A stretch of 30,356 nucleotides of DNA from Deltaproteobacteria bacterium TL4 (GTDB lineage Bacteria; SAR324; NAC60-12), in NCBI GenBank assembly GCA_051382335.1, contig JBBCAX010000240.1:1-30356 (forward strand). Reading direction: 5' to 3'. The translations under genes and the position numbers were made by a program. Below are positions 8,982 to 18,766 of this stretch, in pieces (the first letter of the stretch is position 1; each line of letters opens with the position of its first letter). The notes under the pieces were generated by a model. It did not search any database and was not told the DNA's origin. It saw nothing but the letters and a program-made list of their open reading frames with translations.

Positions 8982-9035
8982 TCTACACACACATTCCTGA
9001 TAATTAAGGATGGAATCTATCAAAAGGAGAAGGTC

Positions 9036-9896
9036 ATGTTGATTAAAATCCAAACACTTTTATTGAGTACCTTACTCATTCTAATGTTTAGCGCCTGTTC
9101 CAGTTTAGAGGACGCCGAACGGTTACATAAGGAAGGAAATAAGGAAAAGGCGCTCTCAGTTGCCGAAAGTTATCTTGGCAGCAGTGAGAAGAGTGAACGT
9201 CTTCGTGCCGCGAAATTAATCGGGGAAATCGGATTAAAACAAGGTGGAAAAGCGTTACAGAAACATCTCAAAGATCCCGATCAGGAAGTCCAGGTGGCTG
9301 TAATTCGAAGTCTGGGCCTTCTTGCTTATGAACCTGCTACTGAGGATTTGATAGGCCTGGTTTCCAGTGCCAGGGATGAAGTTTTTGAAGCCATCGGCAA
9401 AGCTATTCGAAGCATTGGTCCCAAGGCCGTACAAGCGTTAGTTGACAAATTTTACGCGCCCAGTGAACAAACCAATAAAGACCAAATCAAGAAAATGCTG
9501 GTTTATATTGGAAAAGATGTCACTGACGCGATCACGATGTCGATGAAAAACAAATCATACTATGACAACCAGGGAAGTTTTGAGGTCTTGATTGCGATTA
9601 AAAATCCTATGGTTGCTCAAATGATGCTGCCCTATCTTGAAGATGAAGAAGTGGCCCATTTGGTTGTGGAGGGCTTGACCAAACTGGGGCCTTTGGCTGT
9701 GGATGCCGTCTTACAAAAACTCAATGTGGAAGTGAATCACACAGATAATGACATTCTTGTTGAACGCTTGGTGAAAACCCTGGGGCAGCTCAAAGACCCT
9801 CGTGCGCTGCCTACGCTGGAAGCTTTGAGCCAGCATAACAACGAACTCATTCGGATTGCGGTGGATCGGGCTCTTTTTCAAATACGTGGCTTTTAA
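9036..9896 (+). CDS. HEAT-repeat lipoprotein
   Basis: AGGAG RBS; lipobox FSAC; repeats such as ERLRAAKLIGEIG, LKDPDQEVQVAVIRSLG and LGQLKDPRALPTL. Confidence 0.9.
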   Translation: MLIKIQTLLLSTLLILMFSACSSLEDAERLHKEGNKEKALSVAESYLGSSEKSERLRAAKLIGEIGLKQGGKALQKHLKDPDQEVQVAVIRSLGLLAYEPATEDLIGLVSSARDEVFEAIGKAIRSIGPKAVQALVDKFYAPSEQTNKDQIKKMLVYIGKDVTDAITMSMKNKSYYDNQGSFEVLIAIKNPMVAQMMLPYLEDEEVAHLVVEGLTKLGPLAVDAVLQKLNVEVNHTDNDILVERLVKTLGQLKDPRALPTLEALSQHNNELIRIAVDRALFQIRGF

Positions 9897-9899
9897 AGG

Positions 9900-9995
9900 G
9901 TAATTACTTCCTGTATGGCCACAGAGACTCAGAGTCACAGAGGCTAATTAAAAAACGCTGTTCTCTGTGTCACCGTCTCTCTGCGGCAGAGTTAC
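9900..9995. repeat. CACAGAG-type palindromic intergenic repeat
   Basis: GCCACAGAGACTCAGAGTCACAGAG ... CTCTGTGTCACCGTCTCTCTGCGGC, bounded by GTAATTAC and GAGTTAC. Confidence 0.7.
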
Positions 9996-10038
9996 TCTTG
10001 GTGTTCCTTGTTGACAACCTTATTTACAGATAAAAACT

Positions 10039-10707
10039 ATGAAACAATTGATTAGTCTAACCCTGGTTTTTTCCCTTTTTTCCTGTGCGGTTCAAGCTCA
10101 ACTATTGTTTTCCCAAGGAGGCATCGGGAAAGTGATGGTCAAACAGCAAACCGTAACGGTAGTTCGTGACGGCAAAGAAACGACTGTGGGATCCCTGGGG
10201 TTCCTTTTGGAAAAAGGAGACGTCATCCAAACAGGCGATGAGGGTAAAGCGCAAATAGTGTTAACCTCAGGAGATGCTGTATTTATGGGACCTTCTACCA
10301 AATTGATTGTCACTGAGACGTTTCTTAACCCCGATTCTTCAAAAAAGATGAAACGCTATGTTTTATCGGTCTGGGGCAAAATTCTCGCAAAAGTGCAACA
10401 AACCGCAGGTAAAGATTTGAGAGTTCAGACACCAACCGCAGTGATTGGAGTCAAAGGAACAGAGTTTGTTGTGGAGTATGTGGCAGAACAGACCACCGTA
10501 GGTACCTTGAATGGCTTGGTCCACATGCAATCTGCCACAAATCAAAACGCGGTCGATATTCCTCCTGGAAAAATGGCGTCGGTTTCTCCAGCGGGAGATG
10601 TCCTTCCTCTTACTGCGTTTGCGGGAAGACTTATGAAGGATATGGAATTCGCCGGAGCCCAGATGAAAGAAGAAGATGCCGCAGGTGAAAAACTGAAAAT
10701 GAAATAA
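10039..10707 (+). CDS. Exported FecR-domain protein
   Basis: Signal peptide AVQA; GDVIQTGDEGKAQIVL and VQTPTAVIGVKGTEFVV are FecR-domain signatures. Confidence 0.9.
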   Translation: MKQLISLTLVFSLFSCAVQAQLLFSQGGIGKVMVKQQTVTVVRDGKETTVGSLGFLLEKGDVIQTGDEGKAQIVLTSGDAVFMGPSTKLIVTETFLNPDSSKKMKRYVLSVWGKILAKVQQTAGKDLRVQTPTAVIGVKGTEFVVEYVAEQTTVGTLNGLVHMQSATNQNAVDIPPGKMASVSPAGDVLPLTAFAGRLMKDMEFAGAQMKEEDAAGEKLKMK

Positions 10708-10728
10708 AGTTTCTGCTTCCATCGAATT

Positions 10729-10858
10729 CAGTAGTGACGTGAACTCCTCTTTTTATTTTTCATTGAAGCGCAGAAAAAGCTACCTCCACCCAATCAAAAG
10801 GAGGTAGCCCAATGAAAAAACCGCAACTTAAACATCACCAAACTAAAACGGTAAACTA
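10729..10858 (+). mobile_element. Probable IS (IS4-like) left end with truncated transposase start
   Basis: Begins CAGTAGTGACGTGAACTC. Inverted repeat GCTACCTCC...GGAGGTAGC sequesters the RBS just before ATG 10812 (MKKPQLKHHQTK), a common IS translational-control feature. Joins abruptly to GC-rich DNA. Confidence 0.5.
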
Positions 10859-11319
10859 CTCAGCAGTGCCAGCAGGCCTTCCCGTTGTCAGGCGAAGGCT
10901 TTGCGATCCAGATCCTTCGCACTGCGATACTCCAGGGTCGGGATGTTGCGGTTGGGGTGACGGTTTTCATCAATGACCACCATCGTGATCACACCGTTGT
11001 GGGGCGCAGTTCCATTTCGGTAGGGGCCTTGTGATAGCCATCCACCTTCACCACCATGGACGAACGACCCACCTGGATCACACAGGCATCAAACATGGAC
11101 ATAATCCATGTGACAGATGTCGTTGAGCAGTTCCACCCAGTCAAAGGCCAGGGTGACAACCGGGCACCGGGCATGATGCCAGGCGGCGGCCGCAGCCAGA
11201 TCCATCATGTGCAGCAACTGACCGGCCGCCATCCGCTAGCTCTGCAGGCTTTCCTGCCCAACAATTTCGGCAATATAACTTTCAGAGTTTTCAGGGGTTG
11301 TTACCGCACTTGGGGTTAT
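10856..11319 (-). pseudogene. Acyl-CoA thioesterase (hotdog fold, YciA-like) pseudogene
   Basis: Reconstructed across frames: GQLLHMMDLAAAAAWHHARCPVVTLAFD / VIQVGRSSMVVKV / ITMVVIDENRHPNRNIPTL. GGAGG RBS is followed by ATA instead of ATG; in-frame TAG and TGA plus two frameshifts. Confidence 0.85.
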
Positions 11320-11355
11320 GGGTCCTCCGGCAACGGAGTAATTGTGGCAAAAAAA

Positions 11356-11588
11356 ATTCCGACCTGTGCAGGTAGGTGTAAGGTATTAGCATTTAGCTTT
11401 TAGCCTGTTGCAAATGATGTGTTTTCATCATCCTTTTGCGCTCACGAACTCATGTTTTTGTGACCAAAACAAAAAATACATGCATGAGATGATAAAGAAT
11501 TTTTAACATTTTGCTCTTCTTAAAAGCAGTCAATCACGAGCTAATACCTAAACGCTAGCAGCTAATACCTCACCTGCACAGGTGGAAT
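11356..11588. mobile_element. MITE-like element, about 230 bp, copy A
   Basis: TIRs ATTCCGACCTGTGCAGGT / ACCTGCACAGGTGGAAT; the whole body is homologous, inverted, to 18767-18983. Confidence 0.85.
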
Positions 11589-11608
11589 AATTTCATTGGA
11601 ATCACTGT

Positions 11609-11684
11609 GGAGTACCAAAGCTTGCTTTGGCAAAATTCAAAGAAAAGCTTTGGCTTTTCTGGTCAAAGCAAGCTTTGACACTCC
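11609..11684. repeat. REP-like hairpin doublet (GGAGT...ACTCC type)
   Basis: GGAGTACCAAAGCTTGCTTTG ... CAAAGCAAGCTTTGACACTCC with an inner AGAAAAGC/GCTTTTCT stem. Confidence 0.8.
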
Positions 11685-11750
11685 TAATCATGAGTCGATT
11701 AAATGGGTCATCCAAAATATACATGCTGAATTTATTTAAATGCATGTCTA

Positions 11751-12489
11751 TATTTACTCGAAGAAAAAGATGAAATCCATCAAAGAGCGGAAGCCAATGT
11801 AAAAGCTCTGTATGGTTTTCTGGATCAGGTGGATAAGCTCGCGACGGAATACCATAATGAGCAATTGCTGAAGCAGTCCAAGACAGCTCGAGAAGCTACC
11901 CAGAAATATGCGGATCAATACCGTACTGGAGTGAGTGCTTTGAAAGAAAATAAAAAAGCCGTTGAAGTGATGGTACAAAAAGGAGAACTGGTAGGGGATG
12001 CGGCTGACAAATTTCTGAATATGCAGGTCACTGCTTATACCAATGCCCGCAAATCGGGTGCCAGTGCTGAACAGTTAAACGCTTATGTTCAACGCTATAT
12101 CATTACTACGAATATTGACACTCATGCCCTCACGATCATGAGAGAGGAAAAAGAGGAGGTGAATTATAAAGACAGAACTGCCTATAAAAACATGCAGAAA
12201 TTACTGCCTGAATTGATGCAGTTATACAACGATCTGGAGAACATCACGACGGCTTCTGAGGAAGTCCAATTGATTAGGGACGCCAGGCAAGCTACCAAAG
12301 AATACACCCAGGCGACGGAAAACTGGATTCAGAATGATGCATGCCCAAATCGCTCATCTTAAAACAGCGCATCATACTCCCGCTCACAAAGCGGAGAAGC
12401 CCTTAGCCCTATCCCATGAAAAAAACACAGGTACTGGTATTCAACTGGCTATGGATGCTGGGGATGATAGTAAATTTGAACGGTACTAG
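11751..12489 (+). pseudogene. Methyl-accepting chemotaxis protein remnant (helical sensor fragment joined out of frame to the C-terminal tail)
   Basis: 11751 to about 12340 encodes an all-helical HBM-like sensor segment with no start or TM helix. From 12343 another frame gives AQIAHLKTAHH...GIQLAMDAGDDSKFERY* (TAG 12487-12489), a typical MCP tail with an xFxxY pentapeptide. A cheW start follows. Confidence 0.75.
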
Positions 12490-12633
12490 GTGGCTGTCCG
12501 AGAATAGAAGTTGAGCATAAGTAGGGTGCCGCTTAAGCGAAGCGAGCGCACCAAAATAAGGGAACAGCAAGCTTTCTGGTGCGCTCGCTTCGCTTAAGCG
12601 CACCCTACCACCCATTCTCGGACAGCCTCCTAG
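12486..12633. mobile_element. MITE-like element with 20-bp TIRs enclosing a GTAG REP doublet
   Basis: CTAGGTGGCTGTCCGAGAAT ... ATTCTCGGACAGCCTCCTAG (19/20 inverted match). Confidence 0.85.
12521..12608. repeat. GTAG-family REP doublet (REPIN-like)
   Basis: GTAGGGTGCCGCTTAAGCGAAGCGAGCGCACCA ... TGGTGCGCTCGCTTCGCTTAAGCGCACCCTAC. Confidence 0.92.
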
Positions 12634-12641
12634 GAAAAATC

Positions 12642-12725
12642 ATGGCTGAACAAGCAACTCAAAACACGCAATACTTAACATTCACACTGAATGATGAGGA
12701 ATTTGCCGTAGAGATTTACAAGGTG
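12642..12725 (+). pseudogene. cheW: Truncated cheW (first about 28 codons)
   Basis: MAEQATQNTQYLTFTLNDEEFAVEIYKV matches the CheW N-terminus QYLTF.L..E.FA..I.KV, then runs directly into the antisense end of cysA. Confidence 0.85.
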
Positions 12726-12733
12726 AGCAAGCC

Positions 12734-13798
12734 TTATTCCAGCCTTTTCATCAGCCTGTCTTTTGTCTGGAAAACGGAGAATTGCATCAAACGCAGTTTC
12801 AATGAAGCCTCTGGTAGAAAATAGCTCACATCATGATGAAGATGGGGCAACTCAACCGTCAGAATTTCCCTTGAGCCTGAAATCACAACCGTGGCCCTGA
12901 CGATAGGACCGGTACGGTGGACATCAAGAACGACCACATCGATGCCAGGATCATCAGGGGAGGCAATTCTCAGGTCATTAGGACGAACATAGATGTCTAA
13001 CGCTTCGGGGGGGAGATACGGACCAGCGTCGTCGTTATTGCGCAAGCCCTGTTTCAGCAGGGCCGCCGGAATGATATTGGTGCTTCCCAGAAAGTCAAAG
13101 ACCATCGGTGAGTTGGGTTTTTCATAAACCTCATCAACCGTTCCTATCTGGGCGATTTTTCCATGATCCATGATCACAATTTTGTCTGCCATCTCCAGGG
13201 CTTCTTCTTGATCATGAGTCACAAAGACGGTGGTTACGCCGGTTTTCTGATGTAACTCACGCACCCATTGGCGGAGTTCTTTACGAACTTTGGCGTCTAA
13301 CGCTCCAAAGGGTTCATCCAACAGCATGATTTTGGGCTCAATCGCCAACGCGCGAGCTAAAGCAACACGCTGCCTCTGCCCACCGGAAAGCTGATGAGGG
13401 TAACGTTCGCCCATTCCTCCAAGCTGAACCAAATTCAATAAATCCTGAACCCGCTGTGAGATCATCGCTTTGTTCAGGCGATCCTTGCGAGGCATCACTC
13501 TCAATCCAAAGCTAATATTTTTACTCACGGTCATGTGCTTGAACAAAGCGTAGTTCTGGAAGACAAAACCGATCTTTCGCTCCTGCAATGGCGTTGAGGT
13601 CCTATTTAAACCCTCAAAACAGACCGTTCCCATATCAGGAAATTCCAGGCCCGCGATAATACGGAGCAAGGTTGTTTTTCCAGATCCGGAGGGTCCCAGC
13701 AGTGCGATTAATTCCCCTGAATTGATGGTCAGGTTGATGTTATCCAGAGCTGTCACACTAGAAAAATTCTTCTGGATATTGTTAATTGTAATTTCCAT
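12734..13798 (-). CDS. cysA: Sulfate/thiosulfate ABC transporter ATP-binding subunit
   Basis: [56 protein letters not shown]; operon context. Confidence 0.97.
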   Translation of the reverse strand: MEITINNIQKNFSSVTALDNINLTINSGELIALLGPSGSGKTTLLRIIAGLEFPDMGTVCFEGLNRTSTPLQERKIGFVFQNYALFKHMTVSKNISFGLRVMPRKDRLNKAMISQRVQDLLNLVQLGGMGERYPHQLSGGQRQRVALARALAIEPKIMLLDEPFGALDAKVRKELRQWVRELHQKTGVTTVFVTHDQEEALEMADKIVIMDHGKIAQIGTVDEVYEKPNSPMVFDFLGSTNIIPAALLKQGLRNNDDAGPYLPPEALDIYVRPNDLRIASPDDPGIDVVVLDVHRTGPIVRATVVISGSREILTVELPHLHHDVSYFLPEASLKLRLMQFSVFQTKDRLMKRLE

Positions 13799-13835
13799 AT
13801 TTCCCTGATGATCTAGATGTCCAAAAAAGTTTTGT

Positions 13836-13890
13836 CTCGGGAGGAGTGCGTCCCGCCCTCCGGTGAGGGCAAGATGCCCTCGCTCCCAGG
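13836..13890. repeat. REP-like GC-rich palindrome between cysW and cysA
   Basis: GGGAGGAGTGCGTCCCGCCCTC-cggt-GAGGGCAAGATGCCCTCGCTCCC; the right half contains the GAGGGCA..TGCCCTC stem. Confidence 0.7.
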
Positions 13891-13916
13891 ATAAAATTTT
13901 CCTTGAGCACTATCCT

Positions 13917-14801
13917 TTAGTATTTTTGTTGATGGGGACTGTTACGGCCCATGTGTTTTTCCAGGGCCGTTTTAACGACCAAAGTCAGGAGTCCAAGCAA
14001 TGCCAGAAGGGACGCCATGGCAAAGGCTGCGGCAAAATTGTACTCGTTATAGAGAATTTCGATGTGCAGGGGCAGTGAATTGGTTTTACCACGAATATGA
14101 CCTGATACGACTGATACCGCGCCAAATTCCCCCATCGCGCGCGCGTTGCAGAGTAACACCCCATACAGGAGTCCCCATCGTATATTGGGCAAGGTGATAT
14201 GCCAAAATGTTTGCCACCCACTGGCACCAAGACTTAGAGCGACAAGCTCGTCTTCAGTCCCCTGTTCCTGCATCAACGGAATGAGTTCCCTCGCTATAAA
14301 CGGAAACGTGACAAATACTGTTGCCAGTACAATCCCCGGGAGTGCGAAGATAATCCGAATATTGTAGGAACTCAGTAGTAAGTGAGCCCACCCGCTCGCA
14401 CCAAACATCAGTACATAGACCAGCCCGGAGACTACTGGTGAGATTGAAAAGGGAAGGTCAATGAGTGAAATCAATAGCCCTTTTCCCCGAAACTCAAATT
14501 TTGCGATAGCCCATCCGGCGGTCACTCCGAAAATGAGATTAAGGGGCACCGCAATGGCGGCGACAGTGACGGTCAGCCAGATCGCTGAACGGGCATCCGG
14601 ATCACTGAGTGCCTTTCCATACGTACCAATCCCACGTCCAAGAGCTTCGATAAAGATCGTGAGCAATGGTAATAACAGGAATGTCAGAAAAAATATCAAT
14701 ACCAGAGCCACCAATCCCAGTTGAACCCCTCTGGATTCCGTGACAACACTGGGATTGGAAGGATGTGACACCAATAATTTTCTCAAGGAGAATCCAGTCA
14801 T
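13917..14801 (-). CDS. cysW: Sulfate ABC transporter permease CysW
   Basis: IDLPFSISPVVSGL, FVTFPFIARELIPLM, LPNIRWGLLYGVLLCNARAMGEFGAVSVVSG. Confidence 0.97.
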   Translation of the reverse strand: MTGFSLRKLLVSHPSNPSVVTESRGVQLGLVALVLIFFLTFLLLPLLTIFIEALGRGIGTYGKALSDPDARSAIWLTVTVAAIAVPLNLIFGVTAGWAIAKFEFRGKGLLISLIDLPFSISPVVSGLVYVLMFGASGWAHLLLSSYNIRIIFALPGIVLATVFVTFPFIARELIPLMQEQGTEDELVALSLGASGWQTFWHITLPNIRWGLLYGVLLCNARAMGEFGAVSVVSGHIRGKTNSLPLHIEILYNEYNFAAAFAMASLLALLGLLTLVVKTALEKHMGRNSPHQQKY

Positions 14802-15658
14802 AGTCCTCTTCTCGTCTGGCCTGATCGCTTTGTACCGTTTCGATAACGCGCGCCCCAGGACTGAATCCCATTGATTGCTAACAGAAACAGGAACGCTAAC
14901 GTTAACATCATAGCTCCAATGGCTGTTGCTCCGGCATAATCAAATTCTTCCAGTCGGATCAAAATGAGTAAGGGGACAATCTCTGAAACATAAGGCAAAT
15001 TCCCCGCAATAAAAATGACCGAGCCGTATTCTCCCAGACCCCGCGCAAAAGCGAGAGTGAAGCCTGTGAGCAAAGCGGGCAGGATGCTGGGCAACACCAC
15101 ACCCAGGATCGTCTGGAAACGATTTGCGCCCAGTGACGCCGCGGCCACTTCCAGTTCCTTGTCCATTTCGCGCAGTACAGGCTCTATCGTTCTCACAACA
15201 AAAGGTAAGCCGATGAAGGTGAGCGCAACGATAATTCCAAGTGGAGTATAGGTAACTTTGATTCCAAGTGGTTCGAGCCATTGTCCGATCAAGCCATTCT
15301 CAGAATAGAGTGTTGACAACGCAATGCCGGCTACCGCGGTAGGCATGGCAAAGGGCAAATCAATCATAGCGTCCAGCAGACGTTTACCGGGGAATTCATA
15401 GCGCACAAACACCCAGGCAATCAGAGTTCCAAACACGGCGTTTAGACTTGCGGCAACGAGCGCGGTACTAAAGGAAAGCCACAAAGCGGTGATGACTCTG
15501 CCAGAACTGATAATGCTCCATATCTCAGGGATTCCAAGTTCTGCTGTTTTCAGAAATAACCCCGCGACGGGAAGCAGTATAATCAACAGCAGGTAAGTGA
15601 CCGTATACCCCATTGTCAGACCAAAGCCCGGTAAAGCTGATCGAGATTTAAAAATCAT
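14798..15658 (-). CDS. cysT: Sulfate ABC transporter permease CysT (CysU)
   Basis: LPGFGLTMG, DLPFAMPTAVAGIAL, GLPFVVRT, FARGLGEYGSVIFIAGN. Confidence 0.97.
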   Translation of the reverse strand: MIFKSRSALPGFGLTMGYTVTYLLLIILLPVAGLFLKTAELGIPEIWSIISSGRVITALWLSFSTALVAASLNAVFGTLIAWVFVRYEFPGKRLLDAMIDLPFAMPTAVAGIALSTLYSENGLIGQWLEPLGIKVTYTPLGIIVALTFIGLPFVVRTIEPVLREMDKELEVAAASLGANRFQTILGVVLPSILPALLTGFTLAFARGLGEYGSVIFIAGNLPYVSEIVPLLILIRLEEFDYAGATAIGAMMLTLAFLFLLAINGIQSWGARYRNGTKRSGQTRRGL

Positions 15659-15675
15659 AAGTCCAGTCTCTTTGT

Positions 15676-16683
15676 TTAGCGTGGTTGATAAATCTGATCA
15701 AAAACTCCGCCTTCTGAAAAATGTATTTTCTGAGCGTTTTTCCAGCCTCCAAAATCTTGATCCACCGTAATTAATTTGAGGTCTTTGAATCGGACTAAAT
15801 CCTCTAAGGCCGCATATTCGGATCTGAAGGGGCGGAAATAATGTTTTGCCGCAAGCTTTTGTCCAATCGGACTATAGAGGGCTTCAAGATAAGCCGTTGC
15901 CGCTTTCTGTGTAAGATGTTTTTTCACATTGCCATCGACGACTGTGACCGTAGGTTCCGCTTTGATAGAGAGGGATGGGACCACGATCTCGAATTTGTCT
16001 ACCCCCAATTCATTAATTGCCAGAAACGCCTCATTTTCCCAGGCAAGTAACACATCACCAATACGTTTCACAAAAGTTGTGGTCGAACCACGAGCGCCTG
16101 TATCCAGCACAGGGACATTTCTGAAGAGTTTCTTGATGAAATCCTTTGCCTTCTGGTCTGTTCCATATTTGTGTTTCGCGTAAGCATAAGCGGCCAGATA
16201 ATTCCAACGGGCCCCACCGGAAGTTTTAGGATTAGGAGTAATCACTTGTATGCCATCACGGATCAAATCATCCCAATCCCGAATATTTTTGGGGTTCCCT
16301 TTACGAACCAGCAATACAATGGTTGATGTGTAAGGGGCGCTGTTATTAGGTAAACGAGCTTGCCAGTTATCCGGTATTTTCCCCGTCTTCTCGGCAATGG
16401 CGTCCACATCAACAGCTAAGGCCAAAGAGACAACATCAGCTTCTAATCCATCAATAACGGCTCTTGCCTGTTTCCCTGAACCACCGTGAGACTGGTTGAT
16501 CGTCAATACTTCGCCTGTTTTGGCGGCCCATATTTTTGAGAATTCCAAATTAAACTCATGATAAAACTCTCGCGTTGGGTCGTAGGAAACATTCAGCAAT
16601 TCAATGGCTTGTTGCGCGAAAATCTGTTGGGAAAGCATTATTCCCCAAACCAATACCATGGCGTACCCGAATCGGTAAAACAT
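15676..16683 (-). CDS. sbp: Sulfate ABC transporter substrate-binding protein
   Basis: [61 protein letters not shown]. Confidence 0.97.
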   Translation of the reverse strand: MFYRFGYAMVLVWGIMLSQQIFAQQAIELLNVSYDPTREFYHEFNLEFSKIWAAKTGEVLTINQSHGGSGKQARAVIDGLEADVVSLALAVDVDAIAEKTGKIPDNWQARLPNNSAPYTSTIVLLVRKGNPKNIRDWDDLIRDGIQVITPNPKTSGGARWNYLAAYAYAKHKYGTDQKAKDFIKKLFRNVPVLDTGARGSTTTFVKRIGDVLLAWENEAFLAINELGVDKFEIVVPSLSIKAEPTVTVVDGNVKKHLTQKAATAYLEALYSPIGQKLAAKHYFRPFRSEYAALEDLVRFKDLKLITVDQDFGGWKNAQKIHFSEGGVFDQIYQPR

Positions 16684-16749
16684 ATTAACTCCTTTATCAA
16701 AGATTGAATAAATTTCGTTTCTTTTTTGAAACGTCTCTCCATCAATAAC

Positions 16750-16765
16750 TCAAACCTTATGCCAA
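16750..16765 (-). promoter_or_regulatory. Putative sigma54 (-24/-12) promoter for the sbp-cysTWA operon
   Basis: Minus strand TTGGCATAAGGTTTGA has correct GG-N10-G spacing with A instead of C at -12; about 67 bp upstream of sbp and divergent from a sigma54 activator. Confidence 0.6.
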
Positions 16766-16901
16766 AATCACACGTTTTTTATAACTAACTAATATCCTAT
16801 AATAATCTTGATAAATGAAAGCGCGTGATTTAAATTTCATTCATATTTAACAGTTTGATCAGTTGTATATGAAGGAATAACCATTATATTTAACAGAAAA
16901 T

Positions 16902-18494
16902 ATGCCAGGCATTGAGAATCAAAAAATACTGTTAGCTCTCTGGAAAGAGGCGGGCCGTCATGCGAATTTACGAGATACCCTTCCTCAGGTTATTTATGCC
17001 GTGAGGAGTAAACTGCCCTTGTGCGGTTTGCGTCTTTATGAACTCACCCAGGAGGATCGTGATCTTCAATTGCTGTTTGAATGGCAGTCCCGGACGGGAT
17101 TACGCCAAACACACGAACTTTGTGGCTTCCACGCCAAAGATATCCAGAATCTGAAACAATGGGCACAAAACGCTCAAGCGCTTGTATGCAAACAATCCAA
17201 CTGGCCTTCTCCCTTTGTGAAGTTACCACATTTTCAAGCGGCGGATGTGGGATTGTTCCTCTTTCCTTATCAAATTGAGAAAGTGTTCAGGGGCTTTATA
17301 ATATTTGGTACCGAGGGCACTGAATTTTCAAATAGCGATGTGAATTTGCTACACCATCTTTTAGAACCCTTAATCTCAATGATCGAAAATGATAATCGAC
17401 TCCGGGAAATCCAACAACTGAAAGATGCTGCCGAAGCGGATAGGCAAAGTTTACTCAACCGCTTGGGCAGAAATTCTTTATCCGAACAAGTCATTGGTCT
17501 GGATGGCGGGCTTCGTGCTGTGATGAAAAGGGTGACCCAGGCGGCGCCCACAGAAGTTAGCATCCTGATCCTTGGTGAGACCGGTTCGGGTAAGGAAGTC
17601 ATCGCACGGACCATTCATGAACATTCACTTCGTTGCAAAGGTCCTTTTTTACGAGTAAACTGTGGTGCTCTCCCGCCGGAGTTGATAGATTCAGAATTAT
17701 TCGGACATGAAAAAGGAAGTTTTACCGGAGCTACGTCCACACGTCGGGGATGGTTCGAACGTGCCAATGGAGGAACAATCTTTCTGGATGAAATTGGGGA
17801 ATTACCCCTGGCCGCACAAGTACGATTGCTGCGTGTTTTACAAGATGGTTTACTTCAAAAAGTGGGAAGTGAATCCGATATCAATGTCGATGTAAGAGTG
17901 ATTGCGGCAACACATCGGGATTTGCAAAAAATGGTTCGAACAGGGGATTTTCGTGAAGACCTTTGGTATCGAATCGCGGTATTTCCTATTATTTTACCCT
18001 CTCTACGGGAACATTTAGAAGACATTCCTTCCCTTGCGGAACATTTTGTCACACGGGCAGCCATCCGCATGGGCATTCCGACTCCACCGCTCTCCAAACA
18101 AGACATTGAGCAATTAGAAAACTACTCCTGGCCTGGAAATGTCCGTGAGTTAAATTCAGTTTTGGAAAGAGCGGTCATACTGGGGAATGGCCATTATCTT
18201 GATCTTGATTCGGCCTTGGGTTCACACTTTGCGAGACCTGAAACACTGGAAAAAGTACAGACAGGGAGAGCTACTCCGAGTCCTGCGCCAACGGAGGACT
18301 CTCTGGATTCTGTGATTATAGCGCATCTGAAACAGTCATTGACAGAAACTCGCGGACGTGTTGAAGGAGCGCATGGCGCCGCGCATCGTTTGGGAGTCAA
18401 CCCCAATACGTTGAGGGCAAAACTAAAAAAATATGGAATCAATCCTGCCATGTATCGGCAAGTAGCAGCAGTTACCCTAACGTCGTCAACTTAG
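16902..18494 (+). CDS. Sigma54-dependent enhancer-binding protein (GAF-like + AAA+ + Fis HTH; FhlA/HyfR-like)
   Basis: GETGSGKE, NCGALP, SELFGHEKGSFTGA, FLDEIGELP, WPGNVREL, AAHRLGVNPNTLRAKLKKYGI. Confidence 0.95.
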   Translation: MPGIENQKILLALWKEAGRHANLRDTLPQVIYAVRSKLPLCGLRLYELTQEDRDLQLLFEWQSRTGLRQTHELCGFHAKDIQNLKQWAQNAQALVCKQSNWPSPFVKLPHFQAADVGLFLFPYQIEKVFRGFIIFGTEGTEFSNSDVNLLHHLLEPLISMIENDNRLREIQQLKDAAEADRQSLLNRLGRNSLSEQVIGLDGGLRAVMKRVTQAAPTEVSILILGETGSGKEVIARTIHEHSLRCKGPFLRVNCGALPPELIDSELFGHEKGSFTGATSTRRGWFERANGGTIFLDEIGELPLAAQVRLLRVLQDGLLQKVGSESDINVDVRVIAATHRDLQKMVRTGDFREDLWYRIAVFPIILPSLREHLEDIPSLAEHFVTRAAIRMGIPTPPLSKQDIEQLENYSWPGNVRELNSVLERAVILGNGHYLDLDSALGSHFARPETLEKVQTGRATPSPAPTEDSLDSVIIAHLKQSLTETRGRVEGAHGAAHRLGVNPNTLRAKLKKYGINPAMYRQVAAVTLTSST

Positions 18495-18766
18495 GTGAAA
18501 ACTGGAAATAAACATACCCGAATCGTTGCGGTGAAATAACATTCCGAAGGGTAGTAGCAGGTTGTCCCGATGAAATTCCACGGTTTGTCGCCTTCCCTGG
18601 TGCGTAATCCGGGACTACCATTCCCAGTATATTAGACATCTTTCCTAAATAAACCCTGAAATCATGCGACATAGCGAAGATTTACCAATCCCGCAAGGAT
18701 GTTCCAAATTTTCCCATAGTTTTTGTGTTTTCCCCTATAGGTTTCTTTAACAATCCGAAAGATTTC

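Noticed and set aside
11056..11403. 115-aa plus-strand ORF
   Set aside because: Antisense shadow of the thioesterase pseudogene, running into a MITE.
11829..12362. 177-aa ORF as a complete protein
   Set aside because: The frame is open upstream without a convincing start; it is an internal MCP fragment.
12579..12824. 81-aa ORF as an intact gene
   Set aside because: Chimera of REP sequence, 28 cheW codons and antisense cysA.
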